The notes beneath the pieces were generated by a model, which did no database searches, was not told the origin of the DNA, and saw only the letters and a list, made by a program, of their open reading frames with translations. The translations under genes and the position numbers were made by a program. From Pseudovirgaria hyperparasitica (Eukaryota): a DNA stretch of 64,000 nucleotides. Where the stretch lies: NCBI GenBank assembly GCA_010093815.1, contig ML996566.1; one strand, written 5' to 3'. Below are positions 36,056 to 50,748 of this stretch, piece after piece; positions within the stretch are counted from its first letter, which is position 1; each line of letters opens with the position of its first letter.

Positions 36056-39000
36056 ATGGAGGCACCGATCAGTATCGCTCAGGAGAACGAAATGTTTCGG
36101 CTTCGGTCCTACCAGACTGAAATGTTGGAGAAGAGCCTTAAGAAAAACATAATAGTGGCGGCAAGTCTGAAACGGCTTTCCCATTCTATGCCTTTCTGCG
36201 GCTAATGTTCATTTATAGATGGATACTGGTAGCGGCAAGACCCACATAGCCATTAGTAGAGCTCGAACAGAGTTGGAGACTTGCGACCCGTATAAAGTAT
36301 GTCTGTCACTGCCTGGTGCTGGTCACGTGTTCAATTCAAGGTTAATTGCCATTCAGATCGTCTGGTTTATAGCTCCGACTGTGGCTCTGTGCAATCAACA
36401 GTATCAAGTATTTCAGACACTACTGCCGGCGTACCAGGCTCGAAAACTCACAAGCATGGAGAATGTCGATACGTGGACCGACCAGCGAACGTGGGATGCA
36501 GTGCTTTACAATATGAGAGTAGTCGTTTCGACTCCGGATGTACTCGCTCAAGCTCTGACCCATGGTTTTGTTCCAATGACCAGACTGGCTTTGCTAATTT
36601 TTGACGAGGGTATGTCTGATCAATATAGTAATGCTGTATTTTTAACGCCACCCAGCCCATCATTGTACTAAGAACCATCCAATGAACAGGATTATGAAAG
36701 ATTTCTATCACAGAATGCGACGAAAGGACCCATCATTAGTACCGCCAATTCTCGGTCTCACTGCAAGCCCAGTGATCAACAGCAACCCAAAAGCTTTGCA
36801 GTACGTACACCAGATATAATATCTGCCGCTCTCTGACATTCTCAGAACAATCGAGCAGAACTTGGATTCTCACGTCACCATTCCTAAGATCCATCAGACT
36901 GAATTCTTGCAGCACGTGCATCGACCTAATTTGGAACCAGTATTCTTTCAGGTCGACCTCCCAGTGCGAAATGTCAGAGGTAGTGCCATTATGACAGCAC
37001 TACAGGAAGCATATCATGGTTATGATCTCGCGAGTGATCCGTATATCCAGGACTTGTATGAAAGGATGCGCTACGATCCGACCGCCGAATGCAAACTTAG
37101 TAAGGCGTTCGCGAAGGAATCCACATATTGCCTGGAACAGCTGAAGTCCATTCAGTCTAGGGCCTATAGCGTGTGTGAGCAGCTTGGCGCATTTGCAGCT
37201 GAACGTTACATCGTGCGATGTGTAGACCGGCTCAAAGACGCGGCTGAAATGAACGAGGAGTCACAGATGCTCGGCTGGTCCGGGCGAGAAAAGACTCATT
37301 TGATGGCATTGCTTCGTAAAATTGTAGCACCAGTATCTTCTGGGCCTCCTGCAGAGGGTATATCTGCTAAGGCTACTGCCCTGATAAGCTATCTCAAGAA
37401 AGCATACCATAAGGACTTCAGGGGTCTTATCTTCGCCGAAAGACGAGCTGTGGTGAATGCTCTTGAAGATGTGATCCGAAATGATCCCGACCTGAAACAG
37501 TCTTTCCAGGTTGGGGCATTCGTGGGTACTTCTTCATCTTCGAGTCGATCCAAGGACGTTGCAGAACTGGTTGATATCAAAGGTCAAGACCAAACCTTGA
37601 AGGACTTTCGAGAGGGTCGTAAAAACCTCATAGTGACCACCAGTGTCCTTGAGGAAGGCATTGATGTCCCAAATTGTAACGTCGTGATATGTTTCGATGC
37701 GCTAACAAACCTGAAGATGTATGTGCAGCGCAGAGGCAGGGCCAGAAAAATGGCCTCGAATTTCATGATCATGATACCTCAAAACGCATTAGAGTCGTCT
37801 TCGGTGACAGAATGGTCCACACTGGAGCAGATCCTGAAAGAGGAGTATGCCGATGAGTCGCGTCAGATCAAGCCTATGAACAGTACAGAGTTAATCGACG
37901 AGGCTGATGACTACAGCCTGTATGTCGACTCGACGCAGTAAGTAGTACAGCCCCTTATCTGTTCTCATTCGCAATGCTCTGCTTACTAGCTGTCTATAGA
38001 GCCTTACTTACTTCCGATGGCGCATTGCCTCATCTTTTTCACTTTTGCGCCACCCTCAGGACAGGTCCACATACGGACCACCGACCTGAATTTAAACTCG
38101 ATACAGATGACGAAGGCTGTTTTTCGGCAGAGGTTACCCTTCCGCTGGCTGTGGACGCCTCTCTCCGACGTCACAAGGGTATTTCGAAGTGGAAAAATGA
38201 GAAAGACGCGAGAAAGGATGCTGCCTTTCAAGCCTACAAGGCCTTGCATGAAGCCGGATTGATTGGCAGCAATTTGTTGCCTTTGCACGGTGAGGTTAAT
38301 GGAGCACCTCAATGCGATATGATAGATGACCGCCCAGCCATGGTACCAGTCAATCCAAGGATAGATCCTTGGGCCCTTCACGCGACAGCTATAGGAAACC
38401 AGCGCTACGCGTATCGCATCCGGTTCTCTAGTACTAACCACAGTTGTGAGTTTGACGTGATGACGACAATGCCTTTACCTACAATTCCACCATACAATCT
38501 ATATTGGAACAAGTCGCTCGTATATGAGGTCTCCTATGAGCTCCAGAGGGACCAACCCATGCATATAGAAGACGATCTGGTTGCATCGCTCCAAAAAGTC
38601 ACCTACCATCTCTTGTCATCAAGTCTGGGTTCACACCGCTTAGTTTCCAACAAGTTCGACTTTGTCGTGCTTCTATTACCCAACATAGAGCTTAGTACTT
38701 CTGCCGTCGACGACTTTGTAGCGACCACATCTGGGGCTCGACCAGCAACGATCCTCGAGAAGTATCCAACCATGGATGGCCATTCAAGTCGTCTTGGACT
38801 GGTGCGGCGTCATGGAGCCAGTGAACGATTTATGCTTCAAAAAATAAATGAAAGAGTAGATGAACAATCACAAGGCTCCAAGGAATATGTTTTGAAGGTG
38901 AGTAAGTTTCCAAAGAGAAAAGACTTCCTTCACCAAGTGGACGCCCGGGAAAAGCAAAATCCAGCGTATACAGCTGTATTGGAACTTGAACTGGCGGACA

Positions 39001-40598
39001 GTGTCATCGAAATGTTGCCAGCAGATCTTGTCACTGCTGTGACCTTTGCGCCTTGCGTCTTGCATCGTCTAGAAGTTTACATGGTGGCCCAAAATCTTTC
39101 CGCTGGCATATTTGCTCCTGTTGGTTTCACTGATGTGCATCTCGTTTTGACAGCTTTGTGTGCCACGTCGGCTAGAGAGCATGTAAACTATCAGCGCATG
39201 GAATACCTCGGTGATGCCTTACTCAAGTTCGCCTCTTCGATCCGCCTAATGGCAAGAAATCTTACCTGGCCAGAGAGCTATCTCACAGCCGAGAAAGGAC
39301 GCACCGTCTCAAATGGATACCTTGCCAAAGCATCTCTGGATGCTGGTCTCGATCAATACATCATCCGAACAGGATTTACCGGCGCCAAGTGGCAACCGCA
39401 ATACTTATCTGATGTGCACGCTCGACAATATGAAAAACAAGAAGCCAAACAGAAAGACAATATTTCTACTAAAACCTTGGCCGATGTTGTTGAGTCCTTG
39501 ATAGGCGCATCATATTTGTCTAGAGGTCGGATATCTGATGCATTGACATGCATGCAGATTCTACTTCCCCGGGAACCATGGCTTTCGATACATGATGCCA
39601 ACAAGATTCTCTTCTCAGCGGCCCCAGAAATATCTGGTATTCCGCCCTCGCATTTCAAACCGGTCGAAGAACTGTTAGGCCACACCTTTGATCGCGTATC
39701 TATTCTTACTGAAGCCCTGACTCACCCATCGTACTCACCACCACACCATGAGCGAATATCCTCCTACCAAAGACTCGAGTTCCTCGGCGATGCCGTGATC
39801 GACTACATTATCTCGACAAGATTGTACGCACACAATCCACCGCTGTCGCACGGTCTAATGCATACGTTCCGCACCGCACTTGTCAACGGATACCTCCTCG
39901 CCTTTCTTATGTTTGAGCTTAAGATCTCCGAAGTGCGCTACGAGCTTCCAACGACGGCAAAACGGAAGTGGGACTCCGTCGCCGAGCCTGGAATCCAGGA
40001 CTTCACCAGGTCGTTATATCAGTTCTTGCGTCACAACTCGCCAGAGTTACTGCACGCTCGGCATGCAACCCATGCGCGTCATATGGGCCTTCGCGCAGCA
40101 ATTCTCGAGGCACTATACAACGGGCATGAATATCCTTGGGCGGAATTGGAACAAGCCAGGGCCGAGAAGGTTTTTTCTGATATCGTTGAGAGCGCCATAG
40201 GTGCCATCTACATTGATTCGCATGGCTCATTTGAGGCTTGCGAGAAGTTTCTTGAGAAGCTGGGGCTGTTCAAGGCCATGCAGCGGATGGTCGCCGGGCA
40301 GTTGGACTGCCTGCATCCGAAGGAACGGCTAGGGCAGCTCGCGGTGAACGACAAAGTTTTGTACGAACATGTCAAGAAATCGGCCGGTGCAAAGGCGAAA
40401 CCTGGCCACAGTTCAGAGGGCTCTACTACCTCGCGTCCTGCACCCGGCTATGTATGCCGCGTCAGAGTGGGCGACAATTATATAGGTGATGCTGTCGAAG
40501 GAGTGTTAAGGTCGGAAACAGAGACACTGGCAGCGTGGAGGGCATGCCAGGTGATTCGAACACAGATGTCAGTTGATAACTCGACGATTTCTGGGTAG
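36056..40598 (+). CDS. dcl2: Dicer-like protein 2 (DExH helicase, helicase C, dimerisation domain, two RNase III domains, degenerate dsRBD)
   Basis: [12 protein letters not shown], spliced [31 protein letters not shown], RNase III signatures [10 protein letters not shown] and [17 protein letters not shown]; about 5 introns. The start codon is approximate. Confidence 0.93.
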
Positions 40599-40787
40599 GC
40601 AGCTCAGAAAGCTGTACGTGTATCTTCAGATGATATAACGACGCAAGGCCTATCACCCTCGTGAAAGCTAAGAAATTTCGGTCTTAGACCTTTGCATAAT
40701 ATTGATACATGCATTGGTCCCTTTGTTTCCATGAGACCAGTTGTATTAAGTGCTAAGGTATCATCGTATGTGTATTTCAGACTCGCT

Positions 40788-41957
40788 CTAGAGATCTAGC
40801 TGCGAGATCACTCTCGTGATCTTCCTCCGGACCATGGGCAGCGAATTGGTGGCCATCATGACCATATTACGCACCCAACATAGCACAGGATTTGTCAACG
40901 TCATCCCCAACGTGATACGATGCGTCAGACCAAAAACCTTCTGCGCTCTTGGCTGACAGATTCTTTGGTACTCATCCAGATCATGCTCCGAATTGCGCCC
41001 ATGGTATATTGCATCGCCGATGATTCGCGCCAGTATGGTTGCATCCTGAATGCCTAAATTCATCCCCTGACCCGTCGCCGGGCTTTGTACATGCGCCGCA
41101 TCACCGGCCAAGAATATGCGACCAGCTCTGTATCGCCTAGCGATGCGATGGTGGATGCGAAACCGATTGCTACAATGCATATTCGCGATTTCAAAGCATG
41201 CATGGCCAGGAGCGCGCCTCGCGATGATACATCGCCACAGCTCCAAGGACGGCAATTGTGGTGCATCACGCACGTTGGCGATGAGACGGAAGCGGTGCTT
41301 GCCGGGCTCTGGCATGCAAATGAGGAGACCGTCAAGGGAAGTATATATCTGAGCGGCATTAAGCCCGAACGGCCATTCGACGACTGTGACTTCGGCCACG
41401 ATGAACGAATAAGGATACACATCACCGTCGAAGGGGATCGAGAGAGAGGTGCGGACTGTGGAGTGGTGGCCGTCTGCACCGACGAGGTAGGTTGCGGCAA
41501 TTGTGACGCGCTCTCCACGATGTTGTACGGTGACATTGACGGAGTTGCCGCTTTGTGAGCACCCGAGATATTGGCAATCAAGGTGTATGTAGCCGCCGAG
41601 AGATTCGAACTTGGTACGCAGGATGTCTTCGAGAGCTGTTTGAGGCATCGAAACGATCATCGGATGTTGGGAGTCAAGGTCGCGGAAGTCTAGGCCCAAC
41701 AAAAGTTGTTCAGCATTGCGAATGTCAAAACCAGGGAGCTGTAGCCCATGCTTGATGATCAGTTCGGAGACTCCGATGTTGTGTAGCTCGTCGAGAGTGC
41801 GTGCGTGTATGATATTGGCGCGAGATGTGGATTGCGGTTGGTCAGCGGCGTCAATCAGTATTGCATTTATACCGTTAACATGAAGAATTGTAGCTAGGGC
41901 CATACCGGTCGGCCCTCCACCGACAACAATGACCTCCGCCTCAGATGGTAAATTCAT
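40788..41957 (-). CDS. FAD-dependent monooxygenase (aromatic-ring hydroxylase family), intronless
   Basis: VGGGPTG, LVGADG and AGDAAHVQSPATGQGMNLGIQDA fingerprints; 389 aa. Confidence 0.92.
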   Translation of the reverse strand: MNLPSEAEVIVVGGGPTGMALATILHVNGINAILIDAADQPQSTSRANIIHARTLDELHNIGVSELIIKHGLQLPGFDIRNAEQLLLGLDFRDLDSQHPMIVSMPQTALEDILRTKFESLGGYIHLDCQYLGCSQSGNSVNVTVQHRGERVTIAATYLVGADGHHSTVRTSLSIPFDGDVYPYSFIVAEVTVVEWPFGLNAAQIYTSLDGLLICMPEPGKHRFRLIANVRDAPQLPSLELWRCIIARRAPGHACFEIANMHCSNRFRIHHRIARRYRAGRIFLAGDAAHVQSPATGQGMNLGIQDATILARIIGDAIYHGRNSEHDLDEYQRICQPRAQKVFGLTHRITLGMTLTNPVLCWVRNMVMMATNSLPMVRRKITRVISQLDL

Positions 41958-43019
41958 GGTGACTTTGACGGCGATGTGTTTTCAATCCCTACGACGTTGA
42001 TCTGTATAAGTCTATCGAAGTTAGGTACCCTTTAGTCTAGCTGGGGGTTACTATCAAATGTCGAAAGGTGATGTGTTCGTCTATGTATTTGTATTGTGTT
42101 CAGTTCAAGCCTGTGGGTGTCTGTTCAATGGGACTCAGGGTGAAGTAGATCAGATTGAAATGGCTCCGTCCAAGACATGTTCGTAGAAACATATTTGACT
42201 CGTGTACGTCAAAAGTTTGTTCAACTGGCTAATATTCGTCTAAAGTGCTGTAGTTCGGATCATATTTGGTGAATTGTAAGTAAGGGTAGTTATTCGAAAC
42301 AGCTGCAATCGGTTTTGGGTGATCGCGCAATCCCGTGCGACTTTGGTCAAGACTAATGGTCGTGTTTCGCATGTTCACATGGCCAGTCAGGTCAAACACC
42401 GCATGTAACTCCGGTCAAACAGCCTTACATTCCGCAGTTTATTGACGCCTTCGCTTCTTCATTGTCTATGATCGGACACAGACACTTCCTACGAAGCTCG
42501 TCTGATCAGCAAAATCGATCGAATTTAGAGTGAAGGTTTTGACACCTTATCACGTCTGCAAGGTGCCTATAAGAAGGCAAAACCCCGTACGATGCTTTGC
42601 TTCTTCAAGTTTAATCCTGTATCATCCTTGCAAGAGTACCTGTATTGCATCGCTCTTCTTCATATGAGAACAATGTGGGTCTCATAGGGGTGGTTATCAA
42701 CTTTGTGATAGGATTGTCAGTCAATGCTGTCTTGGTGGTTATCTGACTGTTGGCATTAAGATCAACAGCAGAGACAGGGTAGGTTTCATAAGTGTCTCCG
42801 AACAAGTCTGATGTCCTGGGAATACTTAATTAATTGTGCAACGGTCATGTTAATCAAGTAGGCGGTGGTAGTTCCCACGCTCTGCGCTATTCCAGAAGCA
42901 AGTTAGCGTTGCCGCCGTGCAGGCATCGTCATCACCCCAAGCTTCAGCTTCAAGCTTCACCTTGAGAGTATACCAGCCACCATACCGACCTGTCGTCGCA
43001 TGCTCACATTAACAGTAAA

Positions 43020-44009
43020 ATGCGGTCCATATTTACAGCTCTGCTCGTCCCCTCCGCGCTTGCTTTTCCATCGCTGTTCTCCTCCACTGACGCCAATCCC
43101 CTCCCACTCGTCATCTGGCATGGCCTTGGTGACAATTTTGCCAACGAAGGCATCCAAGATGTCGCAGCTCTCGCCGAAGAAGTCAACCCAGGTACCTACG
43201 TATACATAATCCGACTGGGCGGCGACGACGACCCGTCCGCTGACCGCAGCGCTACATTCTTCGGCAACCTCACAACCCAGATCGAACAAGTATGCGAGGC
43301 GCTACGACAGGAGCCGATCATCGGCTCTGCACCCGCGATCAATGCTCTAGGCTTCTCACAAGGCGGTCAATTTCTTAGAGGATATATCGAACGGTGTAAT
43401 GCCCCACCCGTCAAGAATTTGGTTACGTTTGGAAGCCAGCACAATGGAATCGCCGAGTTTCAGCATTGCGGCTTGACAGACTGGCTATGTAAGGGTGCGA
43501 TGGCACTGTTACGTGGTAACACATGGTCGTCATTTGTACAAAATCGACTTGTGCCGGCTCAGTATTATCGTAGCGTGAACGAGACAACAGGGGAACCGAC
43601 AGAAGAGTACCTAGGGTTTTCTAACTTTCTCGCGGACATCAATAATGAAAGAGACATAAAGAACAAAACGTACGCGAAAAATCTGGCATCATTAAGCAAC
43701 TTTGCCATGTATGTTTTTGCAAATGACACAGTGGCGATTCCGAAAGAGAGCGGACACTTTGCGCAGGTGACGAATCTGACGAACGGGACGGTAACTCCTC
43801 TTCAGGACAGAAGGATATATAAAGAGGACTGGATAGGGTTGAAGAAACTGGATAAGAAGGGTGCGCTGCACTTCAAGAATGTCGAGGGTGAGCACATGCA
43901 CCTGAACGACGAGGACCTCAGACAGGCATTTAAAGAGTTCTTCGGACCAACGTCTAAGAGTGCACTCGGAAAGGTCCAAGAATACCTAAAATATCAGGAA
44001 CTCAAATAG
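43020..44009 (+). CDS. Palmitoyl-protein thioesterase (secretory alpha/beta hydrolase)
   Basis: Signal peptide, PLVIWHGLGD, GFSQGG nucleophile elbow, GSQHNG, VPAQY, GEHM. Confidence 0.92.
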   Translation: MRSIFTALLVPSALAFPSLFSSTDANPLPLVIWHGLGDNFANEGIQDVAALAEEVNPGTYVYIIRLGGDDDPSADRSATFFGNLTTQIEQVCEALRQEPIIGSAPAINALGFSQGGQFLRGYIERCNAPPVKNLVTFGSQHNGIAEFQHCGLTDWLCKGAMALLRGNTWSSFVQNRLVPAQYYRSVNETTGEPTEEYLGFSNFLADINNERDIKNKTYAKNLASLSNFAMYVFANDTVAIPKESGHFAQVTNLTNGTVTPLQDRRIYKEDWIGLKKLDKKGALHFKNVEGEHMHLNDEDLRQAFKEFFGPTSKSALGKVQEYLKYQELK

Positions 44010-44145
44010 AGCTTCATAAATTTTCACCTCGTCTGCTACGCGCAGCCTGCCCGTTGCGTGCAATACTTTTCTACTATACCATACAAATGAGAAAGGCGTC
44101 TAGTGGTATGCTCCAGACACCATATCCCGAACTCCAAACATGCAA

Positions 44146-45451
44146 TCATAAAGACACTCCACCTGCTTCGTCCATGACCTTCTGTTTCATCTTCTTTGCA
44201 GTCGCCTTCCTTACTGCAAGCATATCTGCAACGTCTTTATCGATGCGCTTCCTCTTCTTGCTGGGGTTCTCGATAACACCATCTTCATTGACCTCATCAA
44301 ACTCTTCAATCGCGCTTGGTGCTTCGTAGGTAGCCTCGGCGGCTTCAATCAACTTTCTTCGCTCTCTCCGCTCAGCTCTTCGCTGAAGCTTCGTTGGCGG
44401 CTCAAACTTGGTCTCGGTGACATCCACATTCTCATCAACCCACAGCTCTTCTGCAAGCCAGATTGGGAGCGCTGTGGTGTGAGGGCCTTTGATGTGTATA
44501 GAGCGTACATTGGCCCATTTCTGTGGTACAAACTTTTCGACTACGGCCGGCACCAGCGCCTCGACGTTCTCCTGCAGTTTCTTCGGGTCCCAGCTCGCCA
44601 GCCCAATTTTGATTGATGTCGATGTACCAGGCGAAAGATGCACCAACGCAGAGCTGAGGGCACGCTCAATATCTCTTGCGACAGCCTGGGCCTCGCCGAC
44701 TTGTGCGCCAACCTTTTCTTTGGCTGACTGCTGTGGTCTCTTGGCTACTGCATCTTTCGACTTCTTCTCATCGCCGATCAGAGATACAGGAATCGGCCTC
44801 TTGGCGCTGCCCTTGTAGAATATCTTGCCGAGTACTTGAGGCAAACCTGTGATGATGCGGTCATCGGCAAGGAACATGTCGTACTCCCCATACAACTGTC
44901 GCCGACTCTCGTAGGACTTGTATTTCGCTTTCAATTTGCTCATGCCAATAACGCGGCCGATGCGCGACGCAAGTGTTGGCGGAAAGGAGGGATGTGCGAC
45001 AATATCTTTGTATCTCCGCTGGGGATCGGCCGTGATGAGGCAAATGCGAGTATTGGGCGATGCATGGAGAGTGTGTGGGACTTTCCTAAGACCACAGTGT
45101 CAGGTTTTTAGGACACAGGAACCGACGAGCACTGAACTCACACTTTTCCTGGCTTTAATCGTTGTTTGTCGACAATGTGCTTTTTGGTTGTGATCAATAG
45201 CCACACGGGAACATCGTCCTCATCGTCATCGTCCTCCTGGTCCGCATCTGCAAGTAGATTTGTCTTCGGCTCGTCTCCTTCTTTCGTCGCGAGATCTTTC
45301 CTGATATGTTTTACGAGGGCTTTAGTCGCCTTCAAGATCTAAAGAAGTTAGCAGCAGACAAGAATCGAGGGAATTAGAGATTCACTTGTGTGGGCTCTGG
45401 CTTGGCTTGAGAATCACTTTTTACAGCGAGTGCTTTACTATCGCGCGCCAT
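44146..45451 (-). CDS. Ribosomal protein L1 domain-containing ribosome biogenesis protein (Cic1/Utp30-like)
   Basis: RLKPGK, ICLITADPQR, KLKAKYKSYESRRQL..YDMFLADDRI...LGKIFYK, IHIKGPHTTALPIW; two introns. Confidence 0.85.
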
Positions 45452-46712
45452 TCTTGTGTGTGTCGAGTTGTTCTCTGCGATATTGCAGCAGTTGCTAGTG
45501 CTGCCGACTTTTCTTGGGAGTAGCGCGAGGTGCCAAGAGTGCAATCAATTTTCACACCGCCTGCGCACAGACCCTCAGGCTGGTCTCTACGTATTTGGCA
45601 GGCTCGGCTAACGAAAGATGACTAAGCTGTTACATCACTTTGAGGCATTTGGTGGAATGCTTGCAAAGTCAATTAATGTCACAAGATAAGGACAGTGGCA
45701 CTTTTCGTGTGGTTTAACAATGAATATGCTAATGAGAGGCTGTACCAGAGCCCAGTTGGTCGTGTAATCATTGTAATCACTAATATCGTATAACTACATG
45801 TGAATACATGGCACTTAGGGCTATGCTAAATTGCTTGGATATACCCCAGAATAGTAGAAGAAATATTTGACTGGTAGTTACACGATCGATATGTACGTAT
45901 GTGTTGCCTTAACGACTTACACAGCGCACCAATCTGCGGATGTCATTATTGGAGCCCGAAGTAGTAATCTTAACGAGCATTTTCATTGGTTCGCTAGTCC
46001 TAGCTTTACGGTAGTCCACGAATGAGAAGGTACAATCAAACGGCCTTTTGAGACTCCCGAAATTAAGTAACGGAATTGCGAAATCGCAACAGTATCTTGT
46101 TATAATATCTAAAGCACGGTGACTAGAACCATGACCCAGTAGAACATGTTCAATACAACAACTTTTTTGGTCCTACGTAGGTCTATTGAGTACAGGACTT
46201 AGTTAGCACATGTATAGTAGATAATGAGCAGAGCTGCAAACAAGCTCGTTCTCCTCGTGTAAGAACGAGCAAATTATGGGGTCTCAAGATGAACACACTA
46301 CCTCCTAGACATCTGGGTAGCAATACCAGTATCGACAGGAAGAATCGCATGCCTCTGAGCATGAGTTGCCCGACATCCGTTGTTGTCTTCACTCACACGA
46401 TGAGCTGACGTAAGTCTTCCGCATCATGACCACTACGGCAAAACCGCCTTTCAAGTGATGGCCGTATAAATAATTGAGGATGCACTGCGTAACAGAAGGA
46501 GAAGACATGACATGTCAGAAGGGTATGGGTAGCAGAAATTTAACAGGAATCCGCGCGCTATGCAAAACGCAGAAGTGAAGACAAAAACAGGTATATACGG
46601 CGAAGGTTATCTGTATTGAGGGGTAGGTATATGATCAAGATGATTTTGAGGGTCCTTCTGTTCTGTGTTGGACCATAGAAGCTTGAAGACCGTGTAGAGC
46701 AGTTTGTGTGGA

Positions 46713-48354
46713 CTAGCAACGAGGCTTCTTCCAGTAGTATTGCTGTGTTGTTTAGCGAAACGTCTCTCACGACCTTGCTGGAAAGACCTACCTTGTGGTT
46801 TTTTCGTACAGCGCGGAGTCCAGTCTTGCCAAGACCTCCAGTGACAGTGTCCCGACGAGCTTGGTCATTATCCATCTCAGGGACATAGTAGAACTCATTC
46901 TCAAGTCGTTTCCCCGCAGCGTCTTTGCCTTCTCTAGCGATCTCACCAACACATGGAATGTTGTCGAGGATAGTCTTCAAGGCATCTCGGCTAAGTAGAT
47001 CTAACCGAGTGGTGTCATCTTGCGAATCTATTTTGAAGTTGGACGAAGTCGCCTGGCCCTTGAGCTCTGCAGGTAGATTGCCCATGATGGTCGACAAGGG
47101 AATGGAGTGGAGACGCGAGAATGCGAGCTGATTGATGACATGATTTCTAATAGGTGACTCATTAATCTTCGAGACGACCGCATGACTTGCTTTGCGAGCA
47201 GGAGATCTGGGGGAAGATTTTAGCACCTGCCGGCGCCGTTGGGGTGATGCCATAGGATTGCTCTCAGTTGAGAAAGAAGCCATGCGGCCCAGAATATCAT
47301 CTCCAAAGGGGCCAAATGAGTGGATGATGGGATCGTTCTCTTCGTCAGGATCTGACAGATCATCGGGTGGGAATGATAGAGCACTACTTTGAGTTGACCC
47401 TCGGAGATTCTCCATGGAATGAGTATTGGATCGTGATTTCCGACTAGGCGCTGCATCGTTTACAGAAACAGGTTCATCGGTCACGTGTGTGTTCTCTTCC
47501 CCTTGTCTCGTATCCGCGTCCTCATATACTTTGATTTCATGATCACCAGTGAAGGTTCCTGCCAATTCGAGTTGGCGATTGCAGCTTGTCGAGGCAGGGG
47601 ACATATTGAATGGTGGCGGACTTGACGCAAATATGTTCGGTGGAGAAGACGGTAACCGCCTCGAAGGTGAATCATCCACGTTCCATGCTGACTCTGCTTG
47701 TTGGTCTATCAACGATCGTCGTGGTACGTACGGCCATACGAGGACAACGCGGGCATCTTGCACATCTATCATGATTTCTTCCCTCTTCTTATCTGACGAA
47801 AACGTGCTGCCTTTACTCAGATGATGAGCCCGGCCCCCACAGTGTACTTTTGCACCATTCGCGCCGGTGCATTCCACCCTAACCTCGCCATCTTTGTGAG
47901 ATATGGTCGGGGCACAATACGATGCCAGGATGTGTACACGTGAGATCAAGCGATTGACGGAGAGTTGGTAGTCTGAGGAGTTGCTAGACCTTCCCATGGT
48001 AACGACTGTTCCATCGGCTGGAAGATCCACTGAGGGCATAGCAGTCAAGGCTGCACGTTGGGACACAGTGGACGCGGTACGTTGCAGTCTCGGACGCGTC
48101 GAACGGGCGGACGGCGAGGAGGGCAAGATGCCTGTTGAAGAGGTAGGTACTGGTGTGGGGTAGTATTTGACCTCTGGTTGTCTTTTGCAAGGCGAGTCGT
48201 CTTCATATTTGCGTTTCGTGGTAAGTGATCGTGCGACTGGTGACGATGACAGTAGCTCAAATGCAGGTAACAGTGAAGGTTTTCGCGCCAGAGAGGAGCA
48301 TTCTGACGGGTCCCGTGGTTGCTGGGAGGTGTCTAAAGGAGTGATTGAGCTCAT
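46713..48354 (-). CDS. FHA-domain transcription factor, Tos4/Plm2-like
   Basis: YPTPVPTSSTG, FHA-like GRSSNSS...SRVH...NG, C-terminal REGKDAAGK.LE.EFYY and spliced RKNHK|QYYWKKP (intron ~46743-46791). Confidence 0.82.
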
Positions 48355-49741
48355 TGTGGTGGCCAGTCACGAAAGACGCGATTCCGACGTGGTATGGTTC
48401 TGCGAAAGGCGCGTTCGTCGACACGCAATGCGAGGAACGCGACTGGAACGGTTTGGAATTGAGTAGACTTTCTGATAGAATCGAAACGTTTATCGACGTA
48501 TAGTCAAATGAAGTTTAATTTGAGAGAGAATATGTATGAGAACGAGGTCACAGATCGGTTCTAGAGGAGAAGTAGAGAAGAAGTGGGAGGGCTGGCTGGG
48601 TGAATTTCAAGCTTGCAACGCGTTGGTCTGCTCGCGGTGGCCGGCGCAATTGTGGCGCTTTGGCCTTGTATAACTTTCACTATTACTGGATGCCTAGGTA
48701 ATATGCAAAGTACAACTACAGAGACGTCTAGAATTCAATTGCACACTTGGAGTTATGGTCTCAATTCTGTTTGTATTGGCTTGAATTATCTTGCACAAAG
48801 TATGCACACTCGCGAATCTTCTTCCTCCCAATGTCTGCACCGGCACTCTTGTATGAACCACTCCGAGCACACAATAAGTCCATGTCAGTGTCGCAAATAT
48901 GATTTATGCTAGATGCCCTGCATAATGATACTTTAGCTCTTTTCTCCTTCTAATCACTCTATTCTTTTATTTCCAAGCAGGCTTGGTCCATCGCGTGTCA
49001 CCAGCTGCAGACTGCCCCGCTTACGCATTCGATCCACCTTCATACGCGTTTTCATAGGCTCCTTCTGCCTACGCGTTGGGCTTGCATATACATATATACG
49101 GCTGGGACCAGCTTAAGGGTATAAATGTCACAACTTTCCAGCCCGTTGCTAGAGGGTCGCGTCTTGAAAGTCGCATTATGAAATGCCTCAACAATTGCGT
49201 ACTGTAAAGTAAAATTGGTCCCATAGTCATGACTCCATCGAGAGGCAGAGATAAAGGTAAACTCCGCGCAACCAGACGGCAGCACGTGGATCACACGAAA
49301 CATCCCACTATGCACATGTGACATATCCACGCTTCAGGGCTGCCTGCGCAGACTTACATAATATTCATGAACTGTCTTGGTATAACACAAGTGCGAAGTG
49401 AACAGATTGAACACATGCTTGTATAAGAATCACAACTGAGTTGCCCTTGGAGGGTAGAATTAGCTTTAAGCTGGTGGTCCACGAATCGCACTGTCTACTC
49501 AGCGTCATGAGGTACTTTATGAGCATCTCTACAGCTTGGCGATGCTGCCATGCGGCTGATGCATAAACATGCGGGTATTGACGACCTCATAACGTAAACA
49601 TTTCACAATGTTCTTTGGACCGTAAGGATGCAAAGGCATCCATTGGAATTTAATCTACAATCCCGTCGTGAACGAACTCCAGATAATGATCCTTCCTTCC
49701 GTCCAATGGCCCGGTCCTCTGCCCGAATCATGCTCACATAT

Positions 49742-50410
<669 letters not shown>

Positions 50411-50748
50411 GTTTGCGCTGTTGTGTGGTGCAAAGATCCGTATCGAAAGAAGAGGTGTAGAACCGGCACTGAGATTGAAAGAATATCGGTGCGGCGGTCA
50501 CGCACGGACCAAGCTTGCTAAGCGAGGGTTGAATTCCATTCAAGCGTGTAAGAGCAAGCAAGGTGAGTGACACACTATACAGTGGGATAATTCAGACCAT
50601 TGTTGCAGCAATGTTCTCGCTCAAATAAGGTATTTCGCTATCAAGCCATGGGAAGATACGAAAAGTATCCCATTCAATACCGTGTTGTTTACGCCAGCAT
50701 AAGGCACGACCCTACCAAGGTCAGAAAGCTCTTTTAAAGGCTCTATCG

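Noticed and set aside
42861..42916. GGCGG...CCGCC stem suggesting a tRNA
   Set aside because: No T-loop (GTTCRA) or cloverleaf could be formed.
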